The notes beneath the pieces were generated by a model, which made no database searches, was not told the DNA's origin, and worked only from the letters and a program-made list of their open reading frames with translations. From assembly GCA_040954595.2 (NCBI GenBank), contig CM082581.2, positions 7,958,059-8,022,058 of the forward strand: a DNA stretch of 64,000 nt. The letters run 5' to 3'. Positions within the stretch are counted from its first letter, which is position 1, and each line of letters begins with the position of its first letter. Positions 1 through 15,237 of the stretch are shown here, in pieces. The stretch is from Balanoglossus misakiensis (Eukaryota; Animalia; Hemichordata). Position numbers and translations under genes: made by a program.

Positions 1-869
1 GCTACCTAACCGTCACATGAGAAGGAGGTACCTTAGAGCTTCGGTAAGATTTATGCATTTCATATCGTACTTACATGTACGTGTGCACGCGTAAGAATCT
101 TGCAAGTGATCGCAATTGTGCATACACGTGCTTAAGAATTTTATGGGGATGGCTCGGTCACGTGGGCGTCAAACCGACTCGTGATTATTTTGTTTTCTTA
201 ATTATGTCCCATTCCTAATCTCATTTAGGACGAACAGACGCTGTTGAAACTGTTCGAAGATTGCCACATTTTCAAAGATTTCATGGATTTGATGAAAGAA
301 GACGAAATGTTCACTGCTACATTGGAGGGTTACTTCTATGAAGACTTTAGACAACTCAGCACACTCATGGCTAGCGTCATTTCGGATATTGTCAGCGTGG
401 TAAGTTTGTCTGTTATCTTCCTTTTAATTAAATTAAGTCACATAATATTTTCAATATTATCAGTATGGAAAATCATAAATGAGCAGTGTCCTGGCTGGAC
501 TCTGGGCGAAAGTCAATATTTTTGCACAGTCAAGAGCTTTTCATGTAGCCAAATGTTGAAAGGCAGTTGACATAAAATTTCCGAAGTCAAGTCCGCTCTG
601 ATCACGGGATGATTACTTGAACCTCGTTTCTTATCAACGTACATGTATTTTCTTGACAGATCTCGCAAATCGGCGACAGTCAGACACGGACGGCGATGGA
701 AGACTTCGACGCCTTTGATCACATCCGGGAGGAAGACCTGGCACCGCTGAGAAACCCTGCCCTGGTCACCGAGAGACAGCTGGTTGTCCTCTACAAGTTG
801 ACAATCCTGTATCTACCGTCTGCTTCCCAAGCCCTAGACTACGTTGTCTTAAAAGCTAGATTCAATTAA
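1..869 (+). CDS. Helical cytokine-like paralogue 1 (5'-truncated by window edge; last three exons)
   Basis: Exons <1-43 (..LPNRHMRRRYLRAS|gtaag), 229-399 (ag|DEQTLLKLFEDCHIFKDFMDLMKEDE..FRQLSTLMASVISDIVSV|gtaag), 660-869 (ag|ISQIGDS..ERQLVVLYKLTILYLPSASQALDYVVLKARFN*). All introns phase 0 with canonical GT/AG; exon sizes and motifs parallel exons 3-5 of the downstream paralogues. Confidence 0.8.
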
Positions 870-1930
870 TTCTTTTTCCACACGGAATCAAAACAAGACT
901 CTCTACAGGTTGAATCGTTAAATTTACAAGTTACGTCATTAAGTTTTAGAGAGTCAAAAATGTAGGTACATGTTGTATCATAAAGACCACACACCGAGAA
1001 GTCAACTTCATACTTTATAAAACAGAAAACATCCTCATCTTCAAATTATCACACCTTTGCTATTTTAAGCAGGAGGTCTTGTAATCAGTGATGTTACATT
1101 CGTAAAAAATGTAAGAGCGAATCTCTTCTGAACGTCGATCACTATTGGTCAGTGTTCTGTAAACCCACAGTGGGTAACATGGAAAGTTTTTAGTCTGTTA
1201 TATTTCTCTGGTAGTCAGGAGAAGAAATTAATAGATAACCCGCACGTTTATTGTTCTTTATACATACATTATAGTGTTTAAAGTCATTGTATATTACAAC
1301 TGCTTATTCCAGACTTCCATGAAGTCAGTTGAACTTCAAGTTGTTGTTTTTATTGAGAAAACTATAATTAGCGTTCAATAAATGTATACGGCAACATATT
1401 ATACGGTCGTGTCGTCTCCTTAAATTACACAGCACGAAGATACAGTGAATAAGACACAGTGAGCGTATTACTACCAAAGCAAGTTGTAGCCTGGAGAGTC
1501 ATGTGTTATTGGTTGTACAGCGTCACGAACATAGAAAATGACAGAAAACGAACACTTATGGTAATTGTAATCGAACAAAACTAATACACTGAACAGGGAT
1601 TGTGGCTTTAAAGCGATGGTATTACATGTATAGGGTAATACCCAATACTTACCATCTCATGACAAGGAAACGCCATCTTATAATAAAAGCTCTCACAGCG
1701 CATGTGTCGAATTCTAAATCCACAAATGTGAAAGTGGTTACGTCACTGTGCAACGTCACATGTAGTATTACCGGTGACTAATAGGTAGAAATCACCTTCC
1801 GCCAGCAAGCGGCAACAATGAATTTTAATCAATTTGAACGGTTACTCTTTTTTGAGGAAATTTTGCTTTTCTGGCTACTTTATTCCGGGGGAATGTCAAA
1901 AATTCCTAAATATTCACCAAAATAACTTGC

Positions 1931-1963
1931 TTAGTCAGGTTTCCCCCAAAGCGAGTGTTTAAA
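1931..1963 (+). promoter_or_regulatory. Proximal promoter of paralogue 2: AP-1-like TTAGTCA, kB site GGTTTCCCCC, TTTAAA box
   Basis: TTAGTCA 1931-1937; GGTTTCCCCC 1938-1947 (GGGGGAAACC on minus strand, kB-like); TTTAAA 1958-1963, ~120 bp upstream of ATG 2084. Motif match only. Confidence 0.45.
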
Positions 1964-2083
1964 GTGAGACCCCTCACCGCATCCCTCCGTTGCATCAGTG
2001 TGACTTGAGAAGAGCGTCTGAGAAACATCTTTGATAACATACGCTATACAGCAAGACCAAACACGTCTTTTTATCGACATAGA

Positions 2084-4896
<2,813 letters not shown>

Positions 4897-6665
4897 ATGT
4901 GATTTTGAGACCAGTAAATTCCCAGATGACATTCATCTCCTCACGAAAAGGCATAAAAAGTACAATCGCAAGATTGAGAAGAAAAAAAACTTTAATGCGT
5001 TCATGCATTAACAAGTATTGTGATTTGGCACATTTTCCTATGCTATAATAGCATCGGGTGTCATTCTTTTAAGTATTGTGCATATTGCATACTTCTTTGT
5101 GGTTTAGTTCTATTATTAGTTATTGTGACGAAGTAATACCAGTTACTATTGCTGATTCGTGACTAAGCTAAAACTAGTTTCTATTTCTATATTGCATACT
5201 ACAGTTTTTTACTTCAATTGAGATTGTAGCCTTGACTATGACCCATGAGTAGCGTTCACATGCCACCTGTACACGTGCTTCTGCCACATAATTAACACAA
5301 AGGAATTTCTTAGTTTCTCGGTTTCGATGAGTTTCACGTGACGTCATTTTAAATTCAGCCATCATGACAGGATGTCAGTGATTGTGATTTAATAGCAAGA
5401 TTTGTTCACCAGCATGCACCCCCCCCCTCCCACTTCGAAATATGCAACCTTTGTAAGCTTTGGCCAATTTATGATAAAACGCGGTCATTCCGCCAAACCT
5501 ATTACTGTAACATAGAATTTCTACTGTGAATCATCGTAAACACAAAGGGACTAGTTTCAATCCCTGGTTTTCATGCACTACATGTAATTCACTGAATGTT
5601 AAACGTATATGGTGGATGATAGCTTTATCAATTTAATATTATTATATGTATTGATCAATGGTACTTATAGATAATTAAAGCGTATTAAAATATTATATAC
5701 CAATCAAAATTGGCTATTCTTTCCTCGATTTATATCAAGAAGAAAATCACTATGGCGTTAATGTGACTGTATTTTTTGTAAAATAATGCAAAATAGAATC
5801 TCACACCCCAGATGACGTGGGAAAAGTTTTCTCACACGAGTTGGGAATATTTTGTCTGGCACTGGCCACAGGCGATTGGAAGACGAACGATGTCTAGGCT
5901 CTGTCTCTGACATTTTAATAGGTAGGATGTATGCTCCTCGCGAGAAAAGCTGTCCTTCTTAGATTAAACCTAGAGACGAGGCCTGAAGCTATCATCATAA
6001 TTCACCATTAGGATACAGTTTATGTGTATTGAGTAATGTACTAAACTAGAAAATAGGTGCTTACGGTTCCGCCACCGATGCGAATCCTCTGATCGTTAAA
6101 CCAATCATGCTTAAACTGGATGAATAAGGGGTTTATTTTTTTCTTTGGAAATTTAAATAAACTCCTTTTTCACCATGTCGGAACTCTCCTTAGTGGCGAA
6201 AAGCCCATTTTCTCTATGCCTGCGTGTGAATGAAAAACAAATCTTGGGGTCCCATCGAGAATTACTCTGCCGTGGTAGTGGGCAAGCTCTCAAACATAAA
6301 AGTCACTTCGCTGGTCACGCTACGTGCCTCTGGAATTCCGACGCATTCACACGGAAAAAAAACCGTACAGCCCGGGTGACTAACCCGGCGTTTTGGATGA
6401 ATGTCAGTTTCTCACCTTGGTTTGCTGTGAAATCGGGCAAACCACTGATTACAGACGCAAATTGTGTCTTGCGCGCACCATATGTTTTTTATGTGACACA
6501 TTGGTCAACTTTTTTTCTCTAGCAAATGAGGACTCGTTATTGGACATCTCTATGCATAGTTGCTGAAATAAAATCTGAATTGAAGGACAGGACCGCAGAA
6601 CACGTGTACGGGGTGTGTGCAATGTGGCAAAATTCAGAACCTTCACCGTTCAATTGCCACACTAA

Positions 6666-6866
6666 GGGACTGATCAGTTTTTTTCGGCCTCGGGGTGGTG
6701 AATTCACGGGGAGGTCACCCTGTTTTGGAATTGGTTAAAGGGGGGGGGTCACCGGGGGTCACTCACTTTCCCACGTTTTATGAAGTGGGGGGGGGGGGGC
6801 AGTCACTTTTTATATTCACAAAATAGCCTCCATCCCCCCCCCAGGCCGAAGAAACTGACCAGTCCC
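6666..6866. mobile_element. MITE, PIF/Harbinger-like (TAA target duplication)
   Basis: Left end GGGACTGATCAGTTTTTTTCGGCCT and right end AGGCCGAAGAAACTGACCAGTCCC are near-perfect inverted repeats. TAA flanks both sides (6663-6665, 6867-6869). ~200 bp, no coding capacity. Confidence 0.75.
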
Positions 6867-7289
6867 TAATAGCCAAACGGCACGGACACCCTGGATAATT
6901 CTTGACTCAGGACGAAGAAATGACCACCCCGATGCCCTGTGGTCAAATATGGCAATCAATGGGCGTGGATTTTCGTGACCAGCCCCTGATTCGTAATTGC
7001 TTTCCGATGATCAACTTCCTGGATTCCCGAAAATCTATAGAAAGCAGACCCTCAGGGCGGTGGCCAGCTCATTGAGGCATGGGTCGAATAAACGGTACGT
7101 GCTCTGGGCCATTCAGTTCGGCACCAATCGCATTGAAATAGCATTGATCATGCGCAGTGCATGTCGTCCATGATGATTTCGACTTGAAAACATCCCAACA
7201 ACAAAAGAGAGAGAAAAATACCACAAGGTGTATTTACAAGGCAATTCGGGGATTGTAGATGGGGAAAGTAAAAAAAGCAAACCAAACGG

Positions 7290-7478
7290 TGACGTCATTT
7301 TGCTGACTAAAGTTCCGAAATTGAATTTTTCCCAAGTGACCGCTTATATGTATATATGTATACATGTCGGAGTGGCTGAAGCAAATTTAATAATATATCG
7401 GTGGATTTTTTATGCGATGGCAAATGTACGATGACACGGCACATTGGCGAAAAAAAGATTCTATCTCGAGTATAAAAA
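7290..7478 (+). promoter_or_regulatory. Promoter of paralogue 3: palindromic CRE and TATA box
   Basis: TGACGTCA 7290-7297; TATAAAAA 7471-7478, 140 bp upstream of ATG 7611. Confidence 0.5.
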
Positions 7479-7610
7479 AGGTGACTAAAATTCGGTAAGA
7501 TTCACTCGTCCGCAGATCTTAGACTCCACACTAGAAAACAGCAGTCGTGACCAGAAAGAATTTGTTAAAATATTGTCCGAAGTGAAGATTTTGAAGACCT
7601 TGCCGAAAAA

Positions 7611-9676
7611 ATGTTTCTTAAGCTTCCATCGATTCTTGTCGCCTTTACGATCGGTGTGTCTAATATTATTTGTCCAATAACATGTAAAGTTATTTTTTAA
7701 ATTTTGATAAGTCACTCAAGACCGAGACCCTGTTCCATTTCGCTGATGAAGTTCTAATCAAAATTCTTGAACATGTGTCCCCCTAAAGTTCGTTCGTATT
7801 TTACTGCATATTTCTAGCTCAGAAAGGAGTTTAAAAGTGATGACCATGGTCCATTCGTTTCATGTGCTTCTCTTCAGCACATTGAGCGAATTTCAAGTCA
7901 ATTTGATGCCGCCCGCGTAAATAATTAACCCAATATATTCCTCGTCTTCTTTTTCAGCAACATTTGCGTCGTCCATCACATGTCACTTGGTCAGCTCAGA
8001 CGTTCAAGAAGGGGAACTGTGTAACACGACCGCCGGCCTCGTCAAAATATTGATGCACGAGACGAGGAGAATTGAACGCCATTTTGTGAGTATCGCTATT
8101 GATCCCCCCCCCCCTCTCTCTCTCTCTGTAATCTCTGACGACTAAATTTCGTTTTCAAAAAACATTGCAAATTTTCTACACGAGTATTCTGCTCTGTTGC
8201 CATTTTGTTCTAGTAACATATATTTTCAGATGAAGAAACTTTTTATGTTCAGCTTCGTTGCCTTCACTTCAGGTTTTCATGCGTTTGCAAAGTTGCGTCA
8301 TGCATGGCAGTTCAAGTTATGCTTTAGGCGACGATAAACTAACTTGAATCATTGGGACCCAAAATAGTCTTTTTTCCGGGAAGAATATCGATTTTATCTA
8401 CGTCGTGCGTTGAACAGAAAAACTTCTCTTTACAACTCAAAATTGTTGATGTTAATACCACATCTGCTCATACTATGCCATATAATACTATGGATGTCGC
8501 TGTCGATATATTGTCACTATTTTGCCTTTTCTTTCTTTATTAACAGATACGGGAGAGGCTCAGCGAAGAATTTTATGACGATGAAACAATACAGCTCCCT
8601 TCACCCGACATGCCGTTCAAAACGTGGTTACAAATGTCGGTAGGTGTAAACAACAGAATTGGAGTCAACATTTTCTTGCATTATTATTATTGATCGATCG
8701 ACCGACCAACCAACCAACCAACCAACCAACAACCAACCAACCAACCAACCAATCAATCAATTAACTTGACATCTTCCATTTCTAATAATCAATGAAAGTT
8801 ACGCAGGACTTACAAAATTAACACAGTCCATCCTTGTAAAGCAGCATAAATTGGATTCACTATTGTAATTGCCGGCAGCACTTGGGCGCGTACATTTCAT
8901 GAAATCGTGCGCTTTTGTTTTCTCCATTCAAATAGAGCTTACAGCGACTTCTGGTGACAAGTGCTGATCTCGAAGAATTCCGCATCTTTTTGGTTCAAGT
9001 GGCCGAAGACGAACGTGACAATGACGATCGCTTGAATTTCGCCGTGGACGTCGAGAGACTGATCATTCGGCTGATGCGAGTACAGACGAACACGAACGAA
9101 CTGGTAAGGAGGCGTTCATACCGCCTTTCCTAATTAGCACATTGGCATTAAGCAGTCAGTGAAAAGAGGTTTTGTGACTGGAGATATACCGGTGTTCTAT
9201 TGTGCTCTGTGCGGTGCATGTGAATGCTGCTCGAAGCAATGAAAGGGGCGTTTTGTATACGCCGTTCTACACGATTGGATCGACAGCGGCCTACATAGAC
9301 AAGTTGTTTCGGCCGAAATATACAGTGAACGCTGCCGCACCTGTCAAACCCAATTTCGTATCCTGTCCAATGAAAACTTTGCGACAGTTTTTTTTATCCT
9401 ACATTTTACACAACAATGGTCCAGTTTATCGTGTCTATTGGCCGACACCGAAATGATGATAGCGCTGTTCCCTTTTCCCTTCTACAGCTTTTACAGTTCT
9501 CGTATCCTATACCCAACAACTCGGCCGTGCGTCGCCAAGCAATGGAATCTGTAGCGAGCAGGAACACGGACACCGTCGCATGGGACCTGGCCGTACTGCA
9601 ATCGTTCGGAAGTTATCTTCAGCTACCGAAGCGAAATTTCGAATACATGGCACATGTTTTGTCAAGACAAGATTGA
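7611..9676 (+). CDS. Secreted long-chain helical cytokine-like paralogue 3, IL-6/CNTF/IL-27p28-like (5 exons, ~206 aa)
   Basis: Exons 7611-7653 (MFLKLPSILVAFTI, phase 1), 7958-8085, 8547-8639, 8936-9103, 9488-9676; phases 1,0,0,0. Signal peptide MFLKLPSILVAFTIATFASSITC; AB loop/helix B QLPSPDMPFKTWLQMS|SLQRLLVTSADLEEFRIFLVQVAEDE; helix D WDLAVLQSFGSYLQLPKRNFEYM. Confidence 0.87.
8704..8760. repeat. (CAAC)n/(CAAT)n microsatellite in intron 3 of paralogue 3
   Basis: Direct reading of tandem CCAA units. Confidence 0.85.
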
Positions 9677-9843
9677 GTTGATGTCATAATAAGCAAAAGA
9701 TGGCCAGCCTATATTATATATAGGGTGCCCGTTTAACCCATTTACAGTATCCGACATGTGCCGGTAGAGTATAAATCAAGTTTCTGTATGTCATATTGAC
9801 AAAGTGGCGTTAGATTTTTTTGACAGAAATAAGTAATATTTAA

Positions 9844-10022
9844 GATATACGGTCACCTATACCACCACATTTTCCATAGAAAGTTCAAACATAGCCAATC
9901 ACATATTTTCGGTAGTTGGTACAAGCGAAAAAAAGTGCGAGACCACATGGTCATTCGAACAGTATGACACGCTTTTTTGACCAAATATTGACATTATGAA
10001 AATAACAGGTGACTGTATACCT
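9844..10022. mobile_element. Short non-autonomous DNA transposon with TTAA flanks (Kolobok/piggyBac-like MITE)
   Basis: Left TTAA|GATATACGGTCACCT and right AGGTGACTGTATACCT|TTAA form an imperfect terminal inverted repeat. A similar right end (AGGTGACTGTATAC) recurs at ~16560, suggesting a dispersed family. Confidence 0.55.
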
Positions 10023-13000
10023 TTAAATCTCACCCCATGTTCCAGAATATTTAACGCCGTGAACACTATAGCATTTAAATTCGTTGTTTCATAGCCATCT
10101 AAAGATAGAAATCTGCCTAGTTTTGCTTCCTTTTCATTTCAATATTTGAAATGAGCGTATGAGTAATTGTCATGAAAAGTACAATACTTCACAAAGGTGA
10201 CGGGCGAATTCCATCGCAGTGACGTCATAACACACCTATTGTATTAGTAGAAATGGCACAGAACATGCCCATTCCGTCACGTCAATTAGTGCCATGGGCA
10301 AGTTCTTATTGTAGACAATTACATTTTATACTGCTTCTATTTTTAGTCTAGTTTCCGGGTCGTAAGAATCAATTGCTAATCGTTTATATTAATTCATTTT
10401 GCCGCAGTGGTTCTCAGAGTTACTGCTTCCTATAGACATCGCTGATTTATCATAAAGTTATTTGTATGATTGATATTAATACGAGGAATACATCAATTTG
10501 GAATATATTTGTGCAGTACAGAGAATAGGTTTAATAAGTAATTTTCATTCTATCATTTTTTCTCAAAGTAAAGAATTATTGTCGTAATATGTACTAACAT
10601 TATCAAGTGCGTAATTATTTATTGCTGTTAATAAAGTTTACAAGTAATCTGGGATTAGCTGGTTTGTTATTTTCTTGCTTAGTTGTTCTGCGTCAGCCTT
10701 GAGAAAAATCTCCTAATTTCTCCGCAACCGATGAGAGAAGATTAAAGTAAGTGGTACAAAATGAAGCGTGGGTGTATCTCACAAAGGAGTAGAAAAAACA
10801 GGAAACACGCTTGTTGTGTTCCCGTGACACACCTTACGTCTCACGGGGCGTTGGTGTTTGAACAACTAACTGAACGTATCCGTATCGCTTGAGGCTGTGT
10901 TCGTCGTTTCGCCAAGTGACCACCAAGGCCTTTGCAACCTCTTCGCTATAACAGCGCCACCTATAGCTGGAATGACCTTTAAACAGGTGCAGCATAGTAA
11001 AACAAGAGAATCTTACACCAAAGAGTTGTGGCGCTCTCACATAGCATTAACTCTTTCACCACCGTGACTGCTGCAGGACCATGTTTGATCGGTGGTGTAT
11101 ACATGTATCTTGTCCCCCTTTAAAATATACAGGCAGTGACGATACCTTTGTTCCTGTCAAAATACAGAGGTGTCAGGTAGAAAGTGCAGATTCCAAACGA
11201 TGCATTTAAAAACTGGGAATGCAACCCACAATAGCTGCTGCAGAAGAGTGATCACGCCCTCGCTGTTATCAATGAGAGAGCAACTCATCACAACCTGATA
11301 TTGTTGGTTGTTGTACATGAACATGGTAGGCTTTGTCGGTTTGTGATGACAAACGACTAACATTAGATTTAAATGAAATGTCAAACTGCACGGTTCACGG
11401 CCAAGTCACACGTACTGAGTGCAACCGAGGGGAGAGAAATAAATTGCGGAGGAGGACGTGTGTACTGTAACAATTTTCAGCGTTTTTAGGTTAATTGAAC
11501 ATATTTGCGCTGCCAAGCCGCATATTAAAAAACAACGCCCATCAGTGAATGCAGGTAATAACGGGATTTGGTTTAAGGGAGCATCCTTTCTTTCAAAATT
11601 TTCCTGATTAAAATAAAGAACGCAACCTACTGGAGAGCTTTGCAACAAATATACACTGCGATTATTGTTATTCGAAATATGTTTATTGGTGTCATAAAAA
11701 ACTTGTTTCCATTAATGGGAAATTCCAATGTGTCTTCGACGGAAATTTTACTTACAGATTTACTTTAGTAATAATAATGCATTTACCGGAAATGGTTTTG
11801 GCCCACCAAGGATGAGTTTTGGCTTTCCTACATGTATACATGTACATCTTTTAAATCCCGGAAGCTTCTCCATTTGTCAGTTTATTTCTACTATGATAAC
11901 GCGATTTCTATAACATCCCAAATTAAACCGTCCCATTCAAATTAAATAATTCTATGAAGACCGTCGTTGACATGCCTTCAAAGTTTAACACCATATTGAT
12001 ATTTAATTGTGACATATGTATGAAATGTTCACAAAGGACGGAACGCAACTTGCATTGACTGTAAGGCAACGATATTTCGGCCAATGTTTTTTGTTTTATC
12101 GCATAGCCGCCGACGGGGTAACTTTGATGATTTCGTTCAGTGTGTGTAGGTGTGTGCCGGTTAAGCCGCGGGGGGTGGGCCGTGAGTACGTTCTTTCATC
12201 TTGGCGTGGTCAAATCAGAATCAGTAAAGAGAATCAGCCGTGTACGCCGCGCATGCGTGATGAGTTGACTTCTGCAAAATTGAAGGATGCACGGCGGATG
12301 TCGTTTCACAAAGTTGACCCGGCACAAACGCTACATTAGAACATTAAATTGAAATGCACCGTTCACGTTCTTCCAGCGCTTCCGCGTTTCACAACTAACC
12401 CCATAGGTACATCTGTTCACGTGATCTTGGTGCGAGTACCACCGCCTACGTTCGAACTAAGCTCACAAATTGAAAATTATAACCTACGTGCACATTATAG
12501 CGAACTTTAAAGTGAAAGTTGGACACATCCATACGCCTCCCTTGCAATCATGCTGCAATATTAATCCTTTCCGCCTGCCAGTGTAGAATATGAGAAGTAG
12601 AGACCACAATTGAGCTCTGGTCGGCAGATTCTAACGGACGATCAGAATCGTAAACACAAAGCCTTGAAAAGTCGCAAGCCCAGTCATGATAGACCGACTT
12701 GGACATGGGCGGGGTTCAAATTAATAATGTGTTTGTTGGTCAGTGTTTTGGTCGAAGATTGTCCGTGCAGAGGCCAGCTCGTTCGAATGAGTGTTGAAAA
12801 TAAGTGTTGTTCAATCAATTATTCTAGGAGTACCAGTTTCCTTGTAAGAGAAAATCTAGTATTATGAAAATCCTTGCAATAGTGGCATTTTACCAATATT
12901 AATTTGGTCCTGAAGTCAAGTTGAAGCTCAAAACGCCAAATTCAGTTCCGATTACTCAGTTGGAATTTTTTAGTCAAAGCGCGACTGTCTCTAAAAACAC

Positions 13001-14292
13001 GCACCTCTCTTTCTGAGGAAACACAATCCTTATAAGGCCTCTATTCCTCTTCTCTTCACAGTGGATGTTTAGATTTCGGCAAATTTCAAAGCTTCAAAGT
13101 CAAAAGACAGGGGGTTACCACGTTGTACTAAACGTGGATCGACGGAAGGCAACGTAGAACTCCATAGACGTATCATTTGATGCGAGCCAAATTTCACTGC
13201 ACTGCACTAGCACTGTAACCCGTTACAGCCATAGCATTGACTGGACTACACAAGACAAGGCGGATACTTCCTCGTTGGTCAAAACCAACAAAGGTGGTTT
13301 TCAAGTAGCGGACAAAGCGAAATATTTGCAGATTATTGAAAACGCGTTAAATCGAGTGCTTCCCCAAATCTATTGCGGTCAACAAGTTTGTTTTTTCACT
13401 GACTCAAACGGACACTTCGGAGTACAGAACAGTGAATGAAATCAGATTGTCGACAAAGACCAGGTTCTTTCTTTCGGTTACTTTACTAACTATCACCTTC
13501 CAAACAACTTCAATTCTCGAGACTCCATTTGGTGGCCGATCAAATTCCTCGGTCTTCGGCTGAAATACAACTTCCGAGTTTCCCCGACAGTTTTCGTGAG
13601 ATATATCGAATTTAATAGACTCCAATTCCTTTACCTGTTTCGTCGAATCTCAACCATGAACAGTGTGAGTAATGTCAGGTACAGTTTATGATGCTGATTT
13701 ATCACCACATGACAACAACGTTGACTTACACAGTCTCATACACTAAAGACACGCTACTCGACATTTCTTTTTGACAGATTAAAAAGACATTTCTTGAACT
13801 CTCCAAACACCTTCTTTCCCAACACCGTCCAATAGTCAATTTAAACGCCTTGCCTGACTAAAATCAGCGCGTGGGATGGTGTATGATATCCGAGTTCTGT
13901 TACCTATTCTAACATTAATGATACTTGTGGATAAAATAACCCAGAATTCGGCGAAATTGCGTCTCCAAGAGAAGGCATTTTCTTCGGCATGTGGGTGGGT
14001 GTGAGAGAAAACCCCTCCCTTTGATTATTTTGTGGACAAGAAAGACCTCGAGACAGACTTTCGTAAACTCATTCACAGATTGCAGCGAGGTAATACATGT
14101 ACTTTTAACTAGTAAGGCAAGGTCGGGTATAGCCATGTTAAACGCCTACAGATTTTTTTTGTTAACCGTAAGACTTTTGTCGACATCTATTTTGGGTCAC
14201 AGCTACTGTAAACCTAACACTTTTGAGCCATACATCGGATTTTTTGCAAGGAATTTGGGGATTACATAGCTAAGCTACTATACATGCACATG

Positions 14293-15138
14293 GGGACTTT
14301 CCATCGGCCCACGAGAAAAAAAAACACACCTAGAAAAACAAATTTTAACTGAATGAAATATCTCTGGAACAAATACACTTTAAAATTTCCAAAACGTCTG
14401 GAGATAATTTTTTTTGAATGGTCCCCGTATGTTTTGGAGAGAAAAGATAAAACACAATCGACCAACCACCGTAGGTACCCACCTGTAGGAGATACGCAGT
14501 GGAAAACCTGATATACAATAGTGTTTAAAATGTTTCGGGACAACGTGGTAATTTCTGGCCGGCCACACTATAGTCAGATCACACCGTTAATTGTGATATG
14601 TACAAATGTCAAGGTACGCCGGTGTTATTTGCCGCGATGTGTAACAGCAAAATCCTGTGGAGCTATTGTAAATTCTTAAGTAAACCGGTTTTTAGATTGA
14701 ATAAGTAGATCAATGTACGGAGGGTACCGATGGGGCTGTGTCGTACACGTCAGCTTTTTTCCTTCAATAAATGGGCAAATTTAAACTCGCGGTTGGGAAA
14801 ACTGCATTAGGTCGGGTACGCCACCTCCAAACGAAGTATTCCAGTTTGACTCATGTGACATAAATAATAAACAAACAGCACAGGGAGGGGGGTCATGTAT
14901 TCATTATCAAATCGACCCGATTACAATAGAGAATTGACACTTTTATGGTGGTTTCGGGGAACTTCCCTCGTCATGGCGGGATCAAACGCCGGGTATATCG
15001 AAGTTCTGATATATAAATACACGTATATATAAATATATTGCGAAATTTTGGTTGATTCCCACCCTCTTAAAATTACCGCAATTTGTCATGGTTTTGGAGT
15101 TTGGTTTGTGTAGACGACAATGGAGTCAGGATATAAAA
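14293..15138 (+). promoter_or_regulatory. Inflammatory-type promoter/enhancer of paralogue 4 (kB x2, GAS, AP-1, C/EBP, TATA)
   Basis: GGGACTTTCC 14293-14302; TGACTCA 14847-14853; TTCGGGGAA 14953-14961 overlapping GGGAACTTCC 14957-14966; ATTGCGAAAT 15037-15046; TATAAAA 15132-15138; Kozak-like CCACCATG with ATG at 15238. Confidence 0.6.
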
Positions 15139-15237
15139 GTCATTGGCAACCGGCGGATGTCTTATCAGTTTTTGAAACTTGATATCGCACGCTTGATTCA
15201 CCTGGTACCAATCTGACCACTGCTAAATACTCCCACC

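Noticed and set aside
5890-5926. ATG followed by a donor-like AG|GTAGG, considered as exon 1 of paralogue 3
   Set aside because: In-frame TGA before the donor and wrong phase; the 7611-7653 exon gives a TATA box, phase 1 and a proper signal peptide.
13158-13692. Long + strand reading frame interrupted by one stop, between paralogues 3 and 4 (possible seventh gene or pseudogene)
   Set aside because: No signal peptide, no cytokine motifs, no matching exon sizes or splice pattern, and no family I recognise.
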